From contig NC_043006.1 in assembly GCF_006345805.1 (NCBI RefSeq), positions 47,740,001-47,804,000 on the forward strand: DNA of 64,000 nt, written 5' to 3'. The translations under genes were made by a program, and so were the position numbers. Shown here piece after piece: positions 25,765-38,156 of this stretch (its first letter is position 1; each line of letters opens with the position of its first letter). Source of the DNA: Octopus sinensis (Eukaryota). The notes under the pieces were generated by a model. The model made no database searches. It saw only the letters and a list, made by a program, of their open reading frames with translations, and was not told the DNA's origin.

Positions 25765-26632
25765 ATGTATAAAAACTATATATGTAGCTATAAATATATG
25801 TTTTTATATATAGATATATGTATGTGTGTGAATGTGTGTGTGCGAATGTGCGTGTGTGCGAGTGTGCGTATGTGCGTGAGTGCGTGTGTGCACACGTGCG
25901 CACGTGTGTGTGTGTGTGTGTGTTTCTGTGTGTGTAATAACAGGTTGACTCGACTCCACCTCGTTTAAAGTTTTCTAAAGGAAGAACACGTGCACACTTC
26001 TTCCGGAATCGCATTAAATTGAATTGAACGAACTTTAAAACCCAACATAGGGTAAGGAGCCCTCAAGTGGCCTATTTGTCAGTTCAGTTTACGGAGGTGC
26101 CTTTCCTACTTTTGCGACACCAGTTCTCTTGCTAGTGCCAGTCAGATATGTAGTTAGCATTTCAACAACAAATTTTCCATATGAAGAGGTTGATGATGTC
26201 AGTCAGTGACCAGTATTACTACCGGTGGTTGTGGGCTCCAAATTCTTCTAGCAGTAGGGATTTATATATCCTGCCAATTAGGTGTCGACTATATCCGAGA
26301 TATTATATTCAAAGTACTTGCAATTCATAACAGTGTATATATCTCGTAACAACAATACGATTATTCGAGTTTCATACTATTGCATACTGTACGCTGGTGT
26401 ATTATGTGAAGTTTCACAGGAAGGCAGATTTGGCAATCATGAACACATCAGTTGTGTAAAAAAAGGATTTAAACCAAAAATTCATACTGTGTGTCATCTG
26501 TCCCCAGATGAAAAGTGAAAAGTATGGTGGAGTTTTCCCTGACAATATAGCTGAAGGGGAGCGTATGCTATGTGTAACTTGAAACAGAAGTCACTTCAAA
26601 CATCTTTTTAAATTTCTTAAAATTCTTTGTAA

Positions 26633-27038
26633 GGCGTAGGAGTGGCTGTGTGGTAAGTAGCTTGCTTACCAAACACATAGTTCCGGGTCAGTCCCACTGC
26701 GTGGCACCTTAGACAGGTGTCTTTTACAATAGCCTTGGGCCGACCAAAGCCTTGTGAGTAGATTTGGTAGACGGAAACTGAAAGAAGCCCGTCGTATATA
26801 TGTATATATATATGTGTGTGTGTGTGTGTTGTGTCTGTGTTTTACCCCCAAAATCGCTTGACAACCGATGCTGGTGTGTTTACGTCCCGGTAACTTAGCG
26901 GTCCGGCAACAGAGATCGGTAGAATAAGTACTAGGCTTACAAAGAATAAGTCCTGGGGTCGATTTCTTCGACTAAAAAGCGGTGCTTCAGCATGGCCACA
27001 GTCAAAATGACTGAAACAAGTAAAAGAGTAAAAGAGTA
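26633..27038 (+). mobile_element. SINE family A, full length
   Basis: GGCGTAGGAGTGGCTGTGTGGTAAGTAGCTTGCTTACC.. through GACTGAAACAAGTAAAAGAGTAAAAGAG. Confidence 0.93.
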
Positions 27039-27266
27039 AGCATGTGATGGTGTGGACGCACTTAGTAGCCATGAATCTTCAAGTTATACAGAAGTGAGTC
27101 AACCTGTTATGAAATATATACAACCCCAGCAAAATGTGCTGATCTCTTCCATTTGACCTAGCACGGATACATAGCCTCTCAGCTTTCCTCATCAGCTTAC
27201 TTATACACTGCGCTGCTGCTGTTCCCGAGTTCATTATCTCCCACGATATTTATGACTAAAATTCTA

Positions 27267-27308
27267 TTGCTTAATTTGCATAAACATATATACATGCAAA
27301 TTAAGCAA
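27267..27308. promoter_or_regulatory. Perfect 15-bp inverted repeat carrying two octamer (POU) motifs
   Basis: TTGCTTAATTTGCAT-N12-ATGCAAATTAAGCAA; each arm contains ATGCAAAT plus TAAT. Confidence 0.45.
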
Positions 27309-27625
27309 ACACCAGATGGTAAGTGGCATAATAGATAGTATATATATATATGGTAAGACCATAGGGGGTGGACTTCTAACATAATGGATGTTCACTTAGT
27401 GGTCATCACTCTTATATATATGTAATATAGTTTTTCTGAATCTTCAGATGCTTCTATATGCTAGACCACAGGTTTTGAATTGATATTAATCAAATTAATA
27501 TTCAATGTTTCACCCTTATTATTGTAAATATATATACATGTGTGTGTGTGCGCGTGTGTATGTGTATGTATATATATGTATATATATATACATACATACA
27601 CACATTACATGTATATACATACATA

Positions 27626-28128
27626 TCTATATATATAAAACTCTAGTTGTGTGAGTGTCTGTCCCCTTCGATTTAGATTCCTAACTCCTCCCACATTTTG
27701 CGGTGCAGTTTAACCAAATTCGGGTATCTTATAGTCGTGATTCATATCGAGCCCGTCTGACTATTAGCGCGCGTCAACGATGAGTCTACGATTTTAAAAA
27801 TAATTTAACATCATTTTTTATTCCATTTTAATGCATAAAATGCATCGTATGTCGATGGCGGCGGAGTTGGCGTCCACGCTCACAGCTGCACCTGTTTGTT
27901 TCTCCCCCTTCCCTCCCTCGTGAAGCTGTGGGGAAGGGAGTGTAAAGAAATCAACGTCGTAATGCGTTGTGAAGGAAACCAGCGTTCTTTTAGAACGACT
28001 TCATGGCTTGAAGACACCAAAAAAAAAATGGCTAAGAAAGCCTGAAATTATAAGGGAAGTAACTCTCTAAAAATGCTTATATAGTTATTTCCCTTACAAA
28101 CCCGAGCAACGCCGGGCGATACTGCTAG
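27626..28128 (+). mobile_element. Complete non-autonomous Helitron (503 bp)
   Basis: A|TCTATATATATAAAA start; 3' hairpin CCCGAGCAACGCCGGG (28101-28116); CTAG|T end; inserted between A and T with no TSD. Confidence 0.9.
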
Positions 28129-29009
28129 TATTTTATATATATTATATATTATATACGTATGTATGTATGTATGTAGATGTAAACTTTTCCATAAAACGCA
28201 CAAAACTTTTTTTCATTTATGGAATTGCGAGATCTATTGTTCTTGCATATTGGTTTATCAAGCGTTTTTGTCTGCCTTCTAGAAAACATTAAAACAAATT
28301 TTATATAGTGCTTCCCAATATCCACTTCTAAAAGTTGTTGACATACAGGATTCCATTTAGAAACTAAAACAGCTGCCTTATCAATTCCCTAACTAAATAT
28401 ATCGGAAATTTAAAAAAGCTACTAAACAATATTATTAAAATATCGATTTGTCTCTTAAAGAACAGCCAGATCCACTATATTAATGGGTACAATATCTGTA
28501 ATATCTGTCTCGCTGAGAAGTATAATTTTCTCTAACAGATTTTGCAATTTTGCGAAAGATCAGAATCGTTGAATTGTTGCAGACACCTCAATAGCTATTT
28601 ATTAATTACGAAATTTCCAAAAACCAACTGGTAAGTATATATTATTCCCGGCATAATAGACACCACTTACAAAAATGATTATATATCTTTTAAAAACTTC
28701 AGCATAATATTTATCAACATTGAAATTTCAGCACTAAATCACATCTGAACTTGCTTACGTGTGTTTTATTATACATGAGGTAGCTTTTATATGAATTGCT
28801 TATGATGTGTGTGTGTGTGTGTGTGTGTATGTGTGTGTGTTTGTGTATACATACATACATACATTAATGCATTCATTGTAAAGGCCTTGAGCATCACGTT
28901 TTCGTCACCGTGAATTCATAAACCATTTACAGACTGCGAGAAGCAACGAATGTAGGAGTGTATACTTCATTTCTTCTTATTTGGCAACCGATAAAGAACG
29001 AAAGCGCTA

Positions 29010-29830
29010 TTTAACAGTAATTTTTCATGACCTGGGGGAGACAGAAAACTTAAATAAATGTTAGCAGAACAGTCTACAACTCTCCTACTCTACCTCTACA
29101 GTAGATATGTAGATGGCATTAATATAATAGTTAGGACCAACTCTAGCGACGGTAATGCAGAAACTGAGAAGAACGTAATGGAGAGCATCCAGCAAATAGC
29201 TAACTCCATCCACTAAAGTATCAAGGTAACTATAGATTACCCCACTAAGCACCCCAACAATAGACTCCCTGCACTTGATACAGAACTTTGGTTAGAGGCT
29301 GTGAACAATAGAGTGGAGCTCCTCCCTCCTATTACATGAAATCCATAACTTCAAAATACGTTGTTCACAAGAACTCCACTTTGTCGCACATCATGAAAAT
29401 TAACATACTGATAGCAGACTTAGAATAATGAACAATGTATCCCCACTATGCGAACCCTATGAAATGAAAAAGCATGCAGTTCTCTGGATATGATCAGAAA
29501 GATAGGGTTCGAGTATACAGGGGGGGGGGGGCTAGAAAGAAATTAAACAACATTATACGTAAATGATATCTGTGGTACCTGTCCTAGATATAGAAACAAA
29601 GAATGGATTAGGATACAAATGACTTGTGACAAAGCAAACAGGGCGAACACGTGGTATAAAACCGATAAATATCAAGGAGTGATGTTTGTAGAAGCCACAG
29701 CCCGTGGAAAACTAGCCCGTAGATTTAGAAAAGCTCTGAAGGACACCAAACTCAAAATTAAGATTCTTGAAAAGCCAGGGAACTCCGTCAGATGAAAATT
29801 ATGTAGGACGTACCCATTTGAGAATACCAT
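29010..29830 (+). pseudogene. Decayed Penelope-like (Neptune-type) RT and thumb
   Basis: LYSRYVDGINI (YVDG at 29106-29117); MESIQQIANSIH*SIKVTIDYPTKHPNNRLPALDTELW; YYMKSITSKYVVHKNS; FSGYDQKDR; TWYKTDKYQGVMFVEATARGKLA..KIKILEKPGNSV; multiple frameshifts. Confidence 0.88.
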
Positions 29831-29947
29831 ATGCACCAATACACGACATCAAAATGACCTATGATTTTAAATGCTTCAGAATCATCTATTGCAGAATCAT
29901 CTATTTTCTCCCTCTCTCTTTCTCTTTCTCTCTTTGTATTATATTTT

Positions 29948-30436
29948 TATTCTTTTACTTCTTTCACCGATTAGACTGGCGCCACGCTAGGGCACCGCCT
30001 TGATAACTTTTCAGTCTTTAGGCTGCGGCCATGTTGGAACACCATCTTGAAGGGATTTTAATCGACACTAAGATTTTTAAAAGCCTGGTACATATTCCAC
30101 CGGTTTTATTTTGTCGAACCGCTACGTAAGGGAGATATAAACACATCAATACCAGTTGTCAAGCGGCGGTGGGGAACAAACACAGACACAAAAACAAAAC
30201 ACACACATATGGCGGTGCCCCAGCATGGCCACAGCTTGTGAGCTGAAACTAAATAAAAATTTAAAAAAATATATGCACATTTATAAACGAAGGGCTTCTT
30301 TCAGTTTTCATCTACCAAATCACGTCACATGTCTTTAGACGGCCCGAAGCTATAATAAAAGACAAGGTGCCACAAAGTGGGACTGAACCAGGAAAAATGT
30401 AGCTGGGAAGCAAGCTTCTTACAATACAGACACGCT
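29948..30436 (-). mobile_element. SINE family A with nested extra 3' modules
   Basis: Minus-strand copy 30011-30436; plus-strand tail GGCGGTGCCCCAGCATGGCCACAG inserted at 30211-30265; second minus tail 29948-30001. Confidence 0.8.
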
Positions 30437-30527
30437 AGCAAGATCTTTAGAGCCGTATGAGCTCTTTCAGCATCACTTCTGCTCTTCTGGAAACAGGTTG
30501 TTTTCTTCCAGATGCTTGCTCAATCTC

Positions 30528-30574
30528 TGCGGTATTATTATTATTTTTATTATTATTATTATTATTATTAGTAT

Positions 30575-30612
<38 letters not shown>

Positions 30613-30621
30613 TTCAGGTCA

Positions 30622-30691
<70 letters not shown>

Positions 30692-30762
30692 GGTGATGAT
30701 GATGATGATGATGATGATGAGGAGGAGGATGAGGAGGATAATGATAGTAATAATAATAACAA
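30528..30762. repeat. Compound trinucleotide repeats (TTA)(GTA)/(AAT)(GAT)(GAG)
   Basis: Direct observation. Confidence 0.95.
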
Positions 30763-30930
30763 CATCGAAAAATATCTTAGGAATGAGAACCCAGGTTCGA
30801 AATTTCCCCAAGACACCTGATGAAGCCGAAACGTTGTGTTAACAACAAACAAGATAAGGAGAAATATCCGTCAAATGTAAATAATCTAAATAATGTACAT
30901 AATTCCTCTTTTCTTAAATATAGAACTGTA
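30760..30930 (+). mobile_element. PLE-type terminal repeat with collapsed hammerhead (30812-30840)
   Basis: GACAC-CTGATGA-AGCC-GAAAC-GT-T-GTGTT: core, stem I and loopless ACGT stem III present, but only 4 nt remain at stem II. Confidence 0.65.
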
Positions 30931-31239
30931 GAGATATATTTAGCTTTTCATCAATTCATGGTAGGGTGATTTGCATATCTTGCGATGACGGAGGCGCTAG
31001 TCTTTGTTATTCCTATTTCATAGGCAAGGAAATTAAGTTTTATAAAGGTAACTGTTGATTCTCTATAAGAATAAAGAATATATTCTTTGCCAGTCCATGC
31101 ACCTTGAGGGAAAATGACAGGTTCATAACTTGTCTCTGGTAAGTATAAACACAAACACTCGTGAGAATATCAAATATAAATGCATATCTATTTACTAAAT
31201 TTATATAATACATACGTACAAAACACATAAACACATATA

Positions 31240-31265
31240 TATCTTAGTATATGTATATATATATA

Positions 31266-31318
<53 letters not shown>

Positions 31319-32088
31319 ATATATGTACATATATATATGTATATATATGTACATATATATATATGTATATATATGTCGATGTATATATACATGCATACAG
31401 GGATACATACATGCACACGCACACATATATAGAAAAGTACACGAATAAATATGTAAATGCTTATATTTATACGTATATATGAATATATATATATGTAAAT
31501 AAGTACAGGCGTATGTGCATGTGTGTATATATATTAATACACACAGAAACAGACTCACACACTCTAAGCTATGCTATATACTGCGAAAATCTTTTCCATT
31601 GAGTAGCATGTAAATGGATTTAGCATGAGAGAACAATTAAGGTTTGTAGAGAAATATTGAAATTATACATAAATGAAGAAATTCTTTAATTAAATTAACC
31701 AGCAATGCTAAAATTAATGCAATCCCCCAGAAAGATGAAAAGTCTAAGTAATATACATATAAATAGCTAATGGTGTTTATTACAGTGCTTATTCACTAGT
31801 TACCGTGTTTCTTTTCTGCATTGTAATATAATATATTTGATTATGTAATGTGAGGTGTCATGACTGCACGTCGCACATGGACGAAAATGAATATGGGTAC
31901 TTTTAATTTCAAGCTGATAATTAAGAAGCCACTTACTTACAGGAATATATCTGAAGCTGAGATGACAAAGTTATTAAGTGCATCGGGCGTAATGTAATCC
32001 CGAACATATCCCGCGCATTTACGTTGTCGACGTACCTTACAATGACTTTCTACTCTTTAACCTCTCTTTACAACAATTCGTCAACTAT

Positions 32089-32157
<69 letters not shown>

Positions 32158-32215
32158 CATATATATATATACTTATATGTATATATATATATGTATACAT
32201 ATATATACTTGTATG

Positions 32216-32248
<33 letters not shown>

Positions 32249-33360
32249 TATATATATACATGCATATATATATACACTTATATGTATATATGTATACATA
32301 TATATTATATATATATATATATACACACACGTATTTATATATATTCAGATATTTACGTTTATATATATATATACGTACATATATATATATATAATATATA
32401 TATATAATATATATTATATATATATATACACGTACACATATACATACATATGTATGTTATATGTACATGCTCCCATATATATATATATATGCATGTACCT
32501 ATCACTCTCTCTCTCTCTATATATATATACATATATATATGCATATATATATAAATATATACATATATTATGTGATGTGATGTGTGTGTGTGTATGTGTG
32601 TGTGTGTGTGTGTGCGTGTGAATGCATACATTAAGTTACGCAAGTAAGCATGATGACTGCGTTGAAGTGTAATGGCGTTCGCAATCAAAGAACATATATG
32701 TACATGTAAAACGATCAGTAACATAATCTATTTCTTACAAAAGCAATTTGAAATATGCCTATCTTCAGTGAATGATAGATCTTATAACTATAAGAAGGGA
32801 TGCATAAAAGAATCAGAGGTAGTATCTTCTTTAAAGTTGTAGAATCATATTAGCATTATTTAATTCATTTTAAAGCTCATCAGTGCAGCATTTCGAATGA
32901 ACGGGTACATACTTACACATACATACATTTGCATACATCACTGATATACACGCATATATACATGTATATATGTATATATATATATGTGTGTGTGTGTATG
33001 TGTATAATATATACATACATGTATATATTATATTTACGTTTATATGATATAGGTACATATATAGATGTGTAAGCATATAGATATATTTATACTTATATAT
33101 ATACGGACATATATGTGTGTATATATATATATATATATAATATATATATATGTATATATGTATGTATATATTTATATATATATATCTATATACGTATATA
33201 TATATATATACACATATAAAAAGTTATATGTACATACTCCCACTATTATATAAAGGTATGGATGTATATATATATATATGTATGTATATGTATATATACA
33301 CAAACCCACATACATATGTCTGTTTATGCACACACACACACATGTATATATATGATGCTA
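31240..33360. repeat. Large field of degenerate TA/TACA/CA microsatellites with short unique patches
   Basis: Direct observation. Confidence 0.9.
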
Positions 33361-33636
33361 ATCTGTTTTTTTCATAAAGACTCTACATGGACGTCGTACC
33401 AAAATATCAGCTTCATTTTCCTCGAACCACATTCTTTTCCATTTACCTTAACATCCCTTCTCCAAATTTCGATAGTGCCCTCAAAAACTTTATCAAATTT
33501 CAAAAATGCTCATTTACATTATAGTTTCACATTCAGTTATTTGCGCATCGGTAGAACATGCAATTCATCTTAACGCACAGAAACATTTTCCCCACGCCTA
33601 ACAAGTAATGAACTATATATTTCAGTATATTTACGA

Positions 33637-33770
33637 GGCGGGGTGATGGCAGCATTTTTCGCATGGAATACTTAGCTTCATCTTTTTTCGGCTTTAGGTT
33701 CTGAGTTCATATTCCGCAAATTCGGATTCGTCATTCATCCGTTCGGTTTTGATAAAATAAATACTATGTG
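33637..33770 (+). mobile_element. Old SINE family B copy
   Basis: GGTTCTGAGTTCATATTCCGC..TCATTCATCCGTTCGGTTTTGATAAAATAAATACT. Confidence 0.6.
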
Positions 33771-34041
33771 GGTACTGTGGTCGGTGTAAAACTGGTTGCT
33801 GGATTTGTCTTTGCACATTTAAAAGAACGAAATATATCTATTTGTTTATCAAGTGATTGATATATCTGCTGAGAAGCGAGACAAGCTTCCTACAGCAAGC
33901 GAGATGAAGTCACACCATCGATGACTTGAGATTTGATTAATCTTTAACAGTGACCCATTACACCGTTGCCAAGGGCTAAACATTTAACTCACCTTCATAG
34001 TTTTATAGAGAAAACGATGGGAAATGTTGGTTGATATATAA

Positions 34042-34172
34042 GGCAAGCTAGAAAAATTGTTAGCACGCCGGAAGAAATGCTTAGCGTCATTTCGTTCGAT
34101 TTACATTCTGAATTTATAATTAACGGAGGTTGACTGTACTTTGATGCTTCGAGATCGATAAAATAAATACCT
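34042..34172 (+). mobile_element. Old SINE family B copy
   Basis: TGTTAGCACGCCGGAAGAAATGCTTAGCG..GATCGATAAAATAAATACC. Confidence 0.7.
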
Positions 34173-34199
34173 GTTGAATAATGTAATCTAGTCGTCTTT

Positions 34200-34722
34200 C
34201 TTATGCCGAAACTTGTGAGTAAGGAAGAAGTTTTGGAATAAAATCAACTTGTGTGAGTCAGATGGTATTAAGCGAGCATGGCGACGACCTGATGAAGATA
34301 ATAGCGACAAATGCACCGTGCCTACTGTGAAACACAACGGCGGAGGTGTTATACTTTGGGTATGTATGAGTGCGGCTGTAATGGGAAAACTCACAGTCAT
34401 TGAGAGAATGGTGGAATCAAGAGTTTATTTTGACATATTGCAGGAAGAATGTTGAAAAGCATCAAGGAACTAGGAAGACTTTCCATGTTCCAGCATGATA
34501 ATGACCCTAAACACACTCCAAAGATGGTGATATTCTCATTTTAAAAATCATCTCTGGCTAATCGTCTCTGGCTAATCGTTGAGAGGACGTTGGTGTTGCC
34601 TTGGCGGAGGTTTGCGCTCTTTGAGTGCTCTTGTTGAGTATAAATCTCGTTTGATTTCCTTCGATATTATCTGAGTAAAGGCAATTTAACTCAAACTTTT
34701 TAGGGGTGTACATACTTCTGTA
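34200..34722 (+). mobile_element. Tc1-family transposon fragment (DDE region and right end)
   Basis: ESDGIKRAWRRPDE..CTVPTVKHNGGGVILWVCMSAA..ILQEE/MLKSIKELGRLSMFQHDNDPKHT; Tc1-like terminus GGGGTGTACATACTTCTGTA. Confidence 0.88.
34570..34645 (+). mobile_element. Possible Helentron-associated (HINE-like) terminus inserted in Tc1
   Basis: CCTTGGCGGAGGTTTGCGCTCTTTGAGTGCTCTTGTT resembles such termini; recognised from memory only. Confidence 0.35.
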
Positions 34723-35250
34723 AAATAGAACTCAATATTTAATGTAGAGTATAAATATAGTTACTGTAGGTAGAGGACAGCACCAATGCTGCCGCTTCGT
34801 CATGTGATGCACTTTTGTCAGGCAACATCATTAGGTTAAAATGATCCTATTCAAGACAGCGTTAGAAAATGTTTATTTCGATTGTTATCCGAGATTACAT
34901 CATTTATGATATCCTGAATATGCTTCAACTGTCAGTAATTAGTAGTAGTAGGCACCATGGTATTTTTTTTATTGCCTACCTTCTTAATTCATATTCTCTT
35001 CTTGTCAGTTTTGTCTCCGATATTAAAAATACACCGATCCACGGCATTAGATTGGCAGAATTATTAGGACAGAATGTCTTGCAGTATCTATCCCTTTTAT
35101 TCCGGATCTGTTCAATCTAAGCTCAGCTGAACCGTCTCATCTCAACACGGCGAAATAAAAGAATATAAAGGTAAAGTTCCGTTATCATATCATACCGACT
35201 CATAAGGTCCGGTTCCCGGTTTCCATGCCGTATGAATTCCCCACTTGGAC

Positions 35251-35470
35251 GGGTATGCATGAGTGCGGCTGTAATGGGAAGACTCACATTCATTGAAAGA
35301 ACAATGGAATCAAGAGTTCATTGTAACATATTTCAGAAACAATGTTGAAAAGCATCAAGAAACTAGGAAGACTTTCCACGTTCGAACATGACAATGACCC
35401 TAAACACACTTCAAAGATGACGAGTAAGTTTTCATCAGGTGAAAAGATAAAGGTATTGCCTTGCCTACCA
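35251..35470 (+). mobile_element. Second Tc1 DDE fragment
   Basis: VCMSAAVMGRLTFIERTMESRV../MLKSIKKLGRLSTFEHDNDPKHTSKMT; about 19 mismatches over ~170 bp vs 34358-34526. Confidence 0.88.
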
Positions 35471-35489
35471 CGTCACTCATTTTTGCAAG

Positions 35490-35608
35490 GTGAGTGACTT
35501 GGAGCAACGTGAAATGAGAGTTTTGATCAGATCACAATGCCTCGGAGGTCCAGGAATGGAAAACATACTTTTGTAATCATGATCCAGCACCCTAACCACT
35601 ATGCTACG
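35490..35608 (-). mobile_element. SINE family C head, diverged
   Basis: TGGAGCAACGTGAAATGAGAG..CCCTAACCACTATGC; related to 43130-43240. Confidence 0.55.
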
Positions 35609-35736
35609 CACTTCCAGTAAACGGAGTTAGATTTATGTTGAGTTATGACCAACTGATGATATCTACAAATCCACAACTTTTAAAACCTATAAAAACAATC
35701 GATCGGAAACACAAATGCTACCGCCGTATATCTGGA

Positions 35737-35804
<68 letters not shown>

Positions 35805-35919
35805 TAAAACGGTAAGATAACAAAAGAAAGAAAGAGACCTCAATATTATGTAAATAGTGGCTTTAGCGAAAAAATAAAATATACATGTAACTAGCCCAAA
35901 AGTAAAGAAGACGGAAAAC

Positions 35920-36597
35920 AGAAATAGGAAGATCATCTGGTTTACACTCCCTTACTCACTCGAGATGACCTTCAATATAGCTAAATATTTCTTAACAATG
36001 ATAGATAGACATTTTTCAGTTAACCATACTTATAGGAAACTCATCAATAAACACAATTTAAAAATTAGTTTTAGTTCAACTACCAATTAAAAAAATATAA
36101 TCAAACATAACACACAAAAACCACAACAAGAAAACAGCTGTTCATGCAAGAATAAAAAATTGTGCCCGCTAAATGGAGCTTGCATGTCCGAGACCATCAT
36201 CTATGAAGCTACCGTGGACTCTATAACCACTAAAGACACCGTTTCGACGAAGAAATATGTGGGCCTTACAGAGGGTAATTTCAAGGCCAGGTTCAATAAC
36301 CACACCTTGAGTTTTAGGCACTGGAACAAAAGAAAAGCGACAAAATTATCTAATCATATTTGGTCTTTAAAAGATAGAGGTGTCAATTATAACATCCATT
36401 GGAAAATTTTGACCAAATGTAAGCCCTACACCAATGGCAACGGAAAGTGCGGTCTATGGGACATGGAGAGATGGCTTATCTGGAAAAGCAGCTTAGACCC
36501 TACTACATGTCTAAACTCAAGGACAGAACTTTTCGAATCATGCCCATATGTGACAAAAATTTTGTTACATTTTTGGTCTCCTCAAGAAAACAGATAG
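35920..36597 (+). pseudogene. Penelope-like element C-terminal region with GIY-YIG endonuclease (one in-frame stop at 36088)
   Basis: RNRKIIWFTLPYSLEMTFNIAKYFLTMIDRHF..KISFSSTTN*KNIIKH..CSCKNKKLCPLNGAC..IIYEATV..KYVGLTEGNFKARFNNH..SNHIWSLK..WKIL..CPYVTK. Confidence 0.92.
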
Positions 36598-37358
36598 AAC
36601 TTGCTTTCTATATTATGTCCAAAAAGTTTTTTTATCTCATTATACCTTTTATTATATCATATATTTTTATATATTCACACATAATAACTTTTTCTGTACT
36701 CATCCATCCTGCATTTTTCCTGTGCCTATATAGACGTGTATATAGATTCATTTGTACACGTGTGTGAATATGTATGAGTGGGCAGTTTTAGTAGTGTGCG
36801 TGTGTGCGGGCATAAGAATGCATATATATATAGACGTTTTTACTTAGTATTTTTACAATTTTTGGGGGTTTTATTGGGCATATGTATATTCATTTTTTGA
36901 GTATGCGTGTGTGTGTATGCGTATATAAATATGTGCGGGTATGTACACATATGGGCGTGTGTGTGTATGAGTGCATAAGGGCATGTCCGTATATGAACGT
37001 GGTTTTTATGCTTTGTATACTTCGTTATGTTTTTTTTTCTGTTATCTTTAACCATGTTTTTTCTTGTGCTTGTGCGTATATAGACGTATGTATGAACTTT
37101 TACGGTACGCGCGTGTGTGCATGAGTTTGTATATATATACGTATACATTTGGCGAAAAATGCGAGTGAAGATGTGTACGTTTTCATAGTGACGTTTAAGT
37201 ACGCATGTGGGTCTACGAGCGGACATGTGAGCGTATGAGTAGCCATGTTTACGTGTTTACTATGAACTTTTAATCATAATTTATATAAGTAGCAGAATTA
37301 TAACACAGTAATTTCCCTTTATATAACGGTATTTTTTCATAGCGTTTTTCAGATGGCC

Positions 37359-37421
37359 AGATAACCGAAGAGATGGTGTTGTGGATTTCCACTTCGGCAT
37401 CTGAAACTCAGAGTTTTATCT
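37359..37421 (+). ncRNA. Degenerate type I hammerhead motif (U4C)
   Basis: AGATAA-CCGAAGA-GATG..CATC-T-GAAAC-TCAGA-GT-T-TTATCT; 6-bp stem I, near-palindromic AAACTC-A-GAGTTT. Confidence 0.55.
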
Positions 37422-37443
37422 TGACTATTGAGCAATTGTAACA

Positions 37444-37487
<44 letters not shown>

Positions 37488-38090
37488 ATTATTATTATTA
37501 TATATATATATATTATATGTATATATATATACTTACCGTGTTCAATCTTTTCAAAAGCAGATGACTCCGCATGAAGTAGATATTCGAAATTATTCAGATT
37601 GCAATACATACAGACATATATACAGACATATATTTAAAGTCACGAAATTTCTTTTCTCTAGACATATGGAGACAAACACTCGTCTCTTGTATTCAATACA
37701 TTGGTCGCTATATTCATTATTTTAACACAACTATTCACTATTTTAAATACAAGCTGCATATGCTATGGTTTGCATGTACTATGGGTTTGCCATTTTTATC
37801 CATGCTCCATCTTATGGAGTAGCTATTTAGTCCTTTGAGCTGCTATTGTGATAATGAAATGCGTTAGCTATATTGCTTCATTTAAATTTTAGTGAATGTT
37901 TATATTGTTTGTATTGAATTTTAAAGGTGTTTCCTGTTAACCAGATTATGGAATATTGAATTCTGTCAGTTTATTTTATATCAGTTTTACTTACCAGCAC
38001 TTTTCTACAGGCATTTTCAATATATACATGAAAAACATGTATAGGTCTGGCATATGTATGCATTGTATATATTCGCGTACGCATGCAAGA

Positions 38091-38156
<66 letters not shown>

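Noticed and set aside
26282-26560. ORF with faint similarity to an RTE RT C-terminus
   Set aside because: Similarity is too weak to distinguish from chance by eye
34288-34300. CCTGATGAAG motif
   Set aside because: It lies inside Tc1 coding sequence (RRPDE) with no GAAAC or stems
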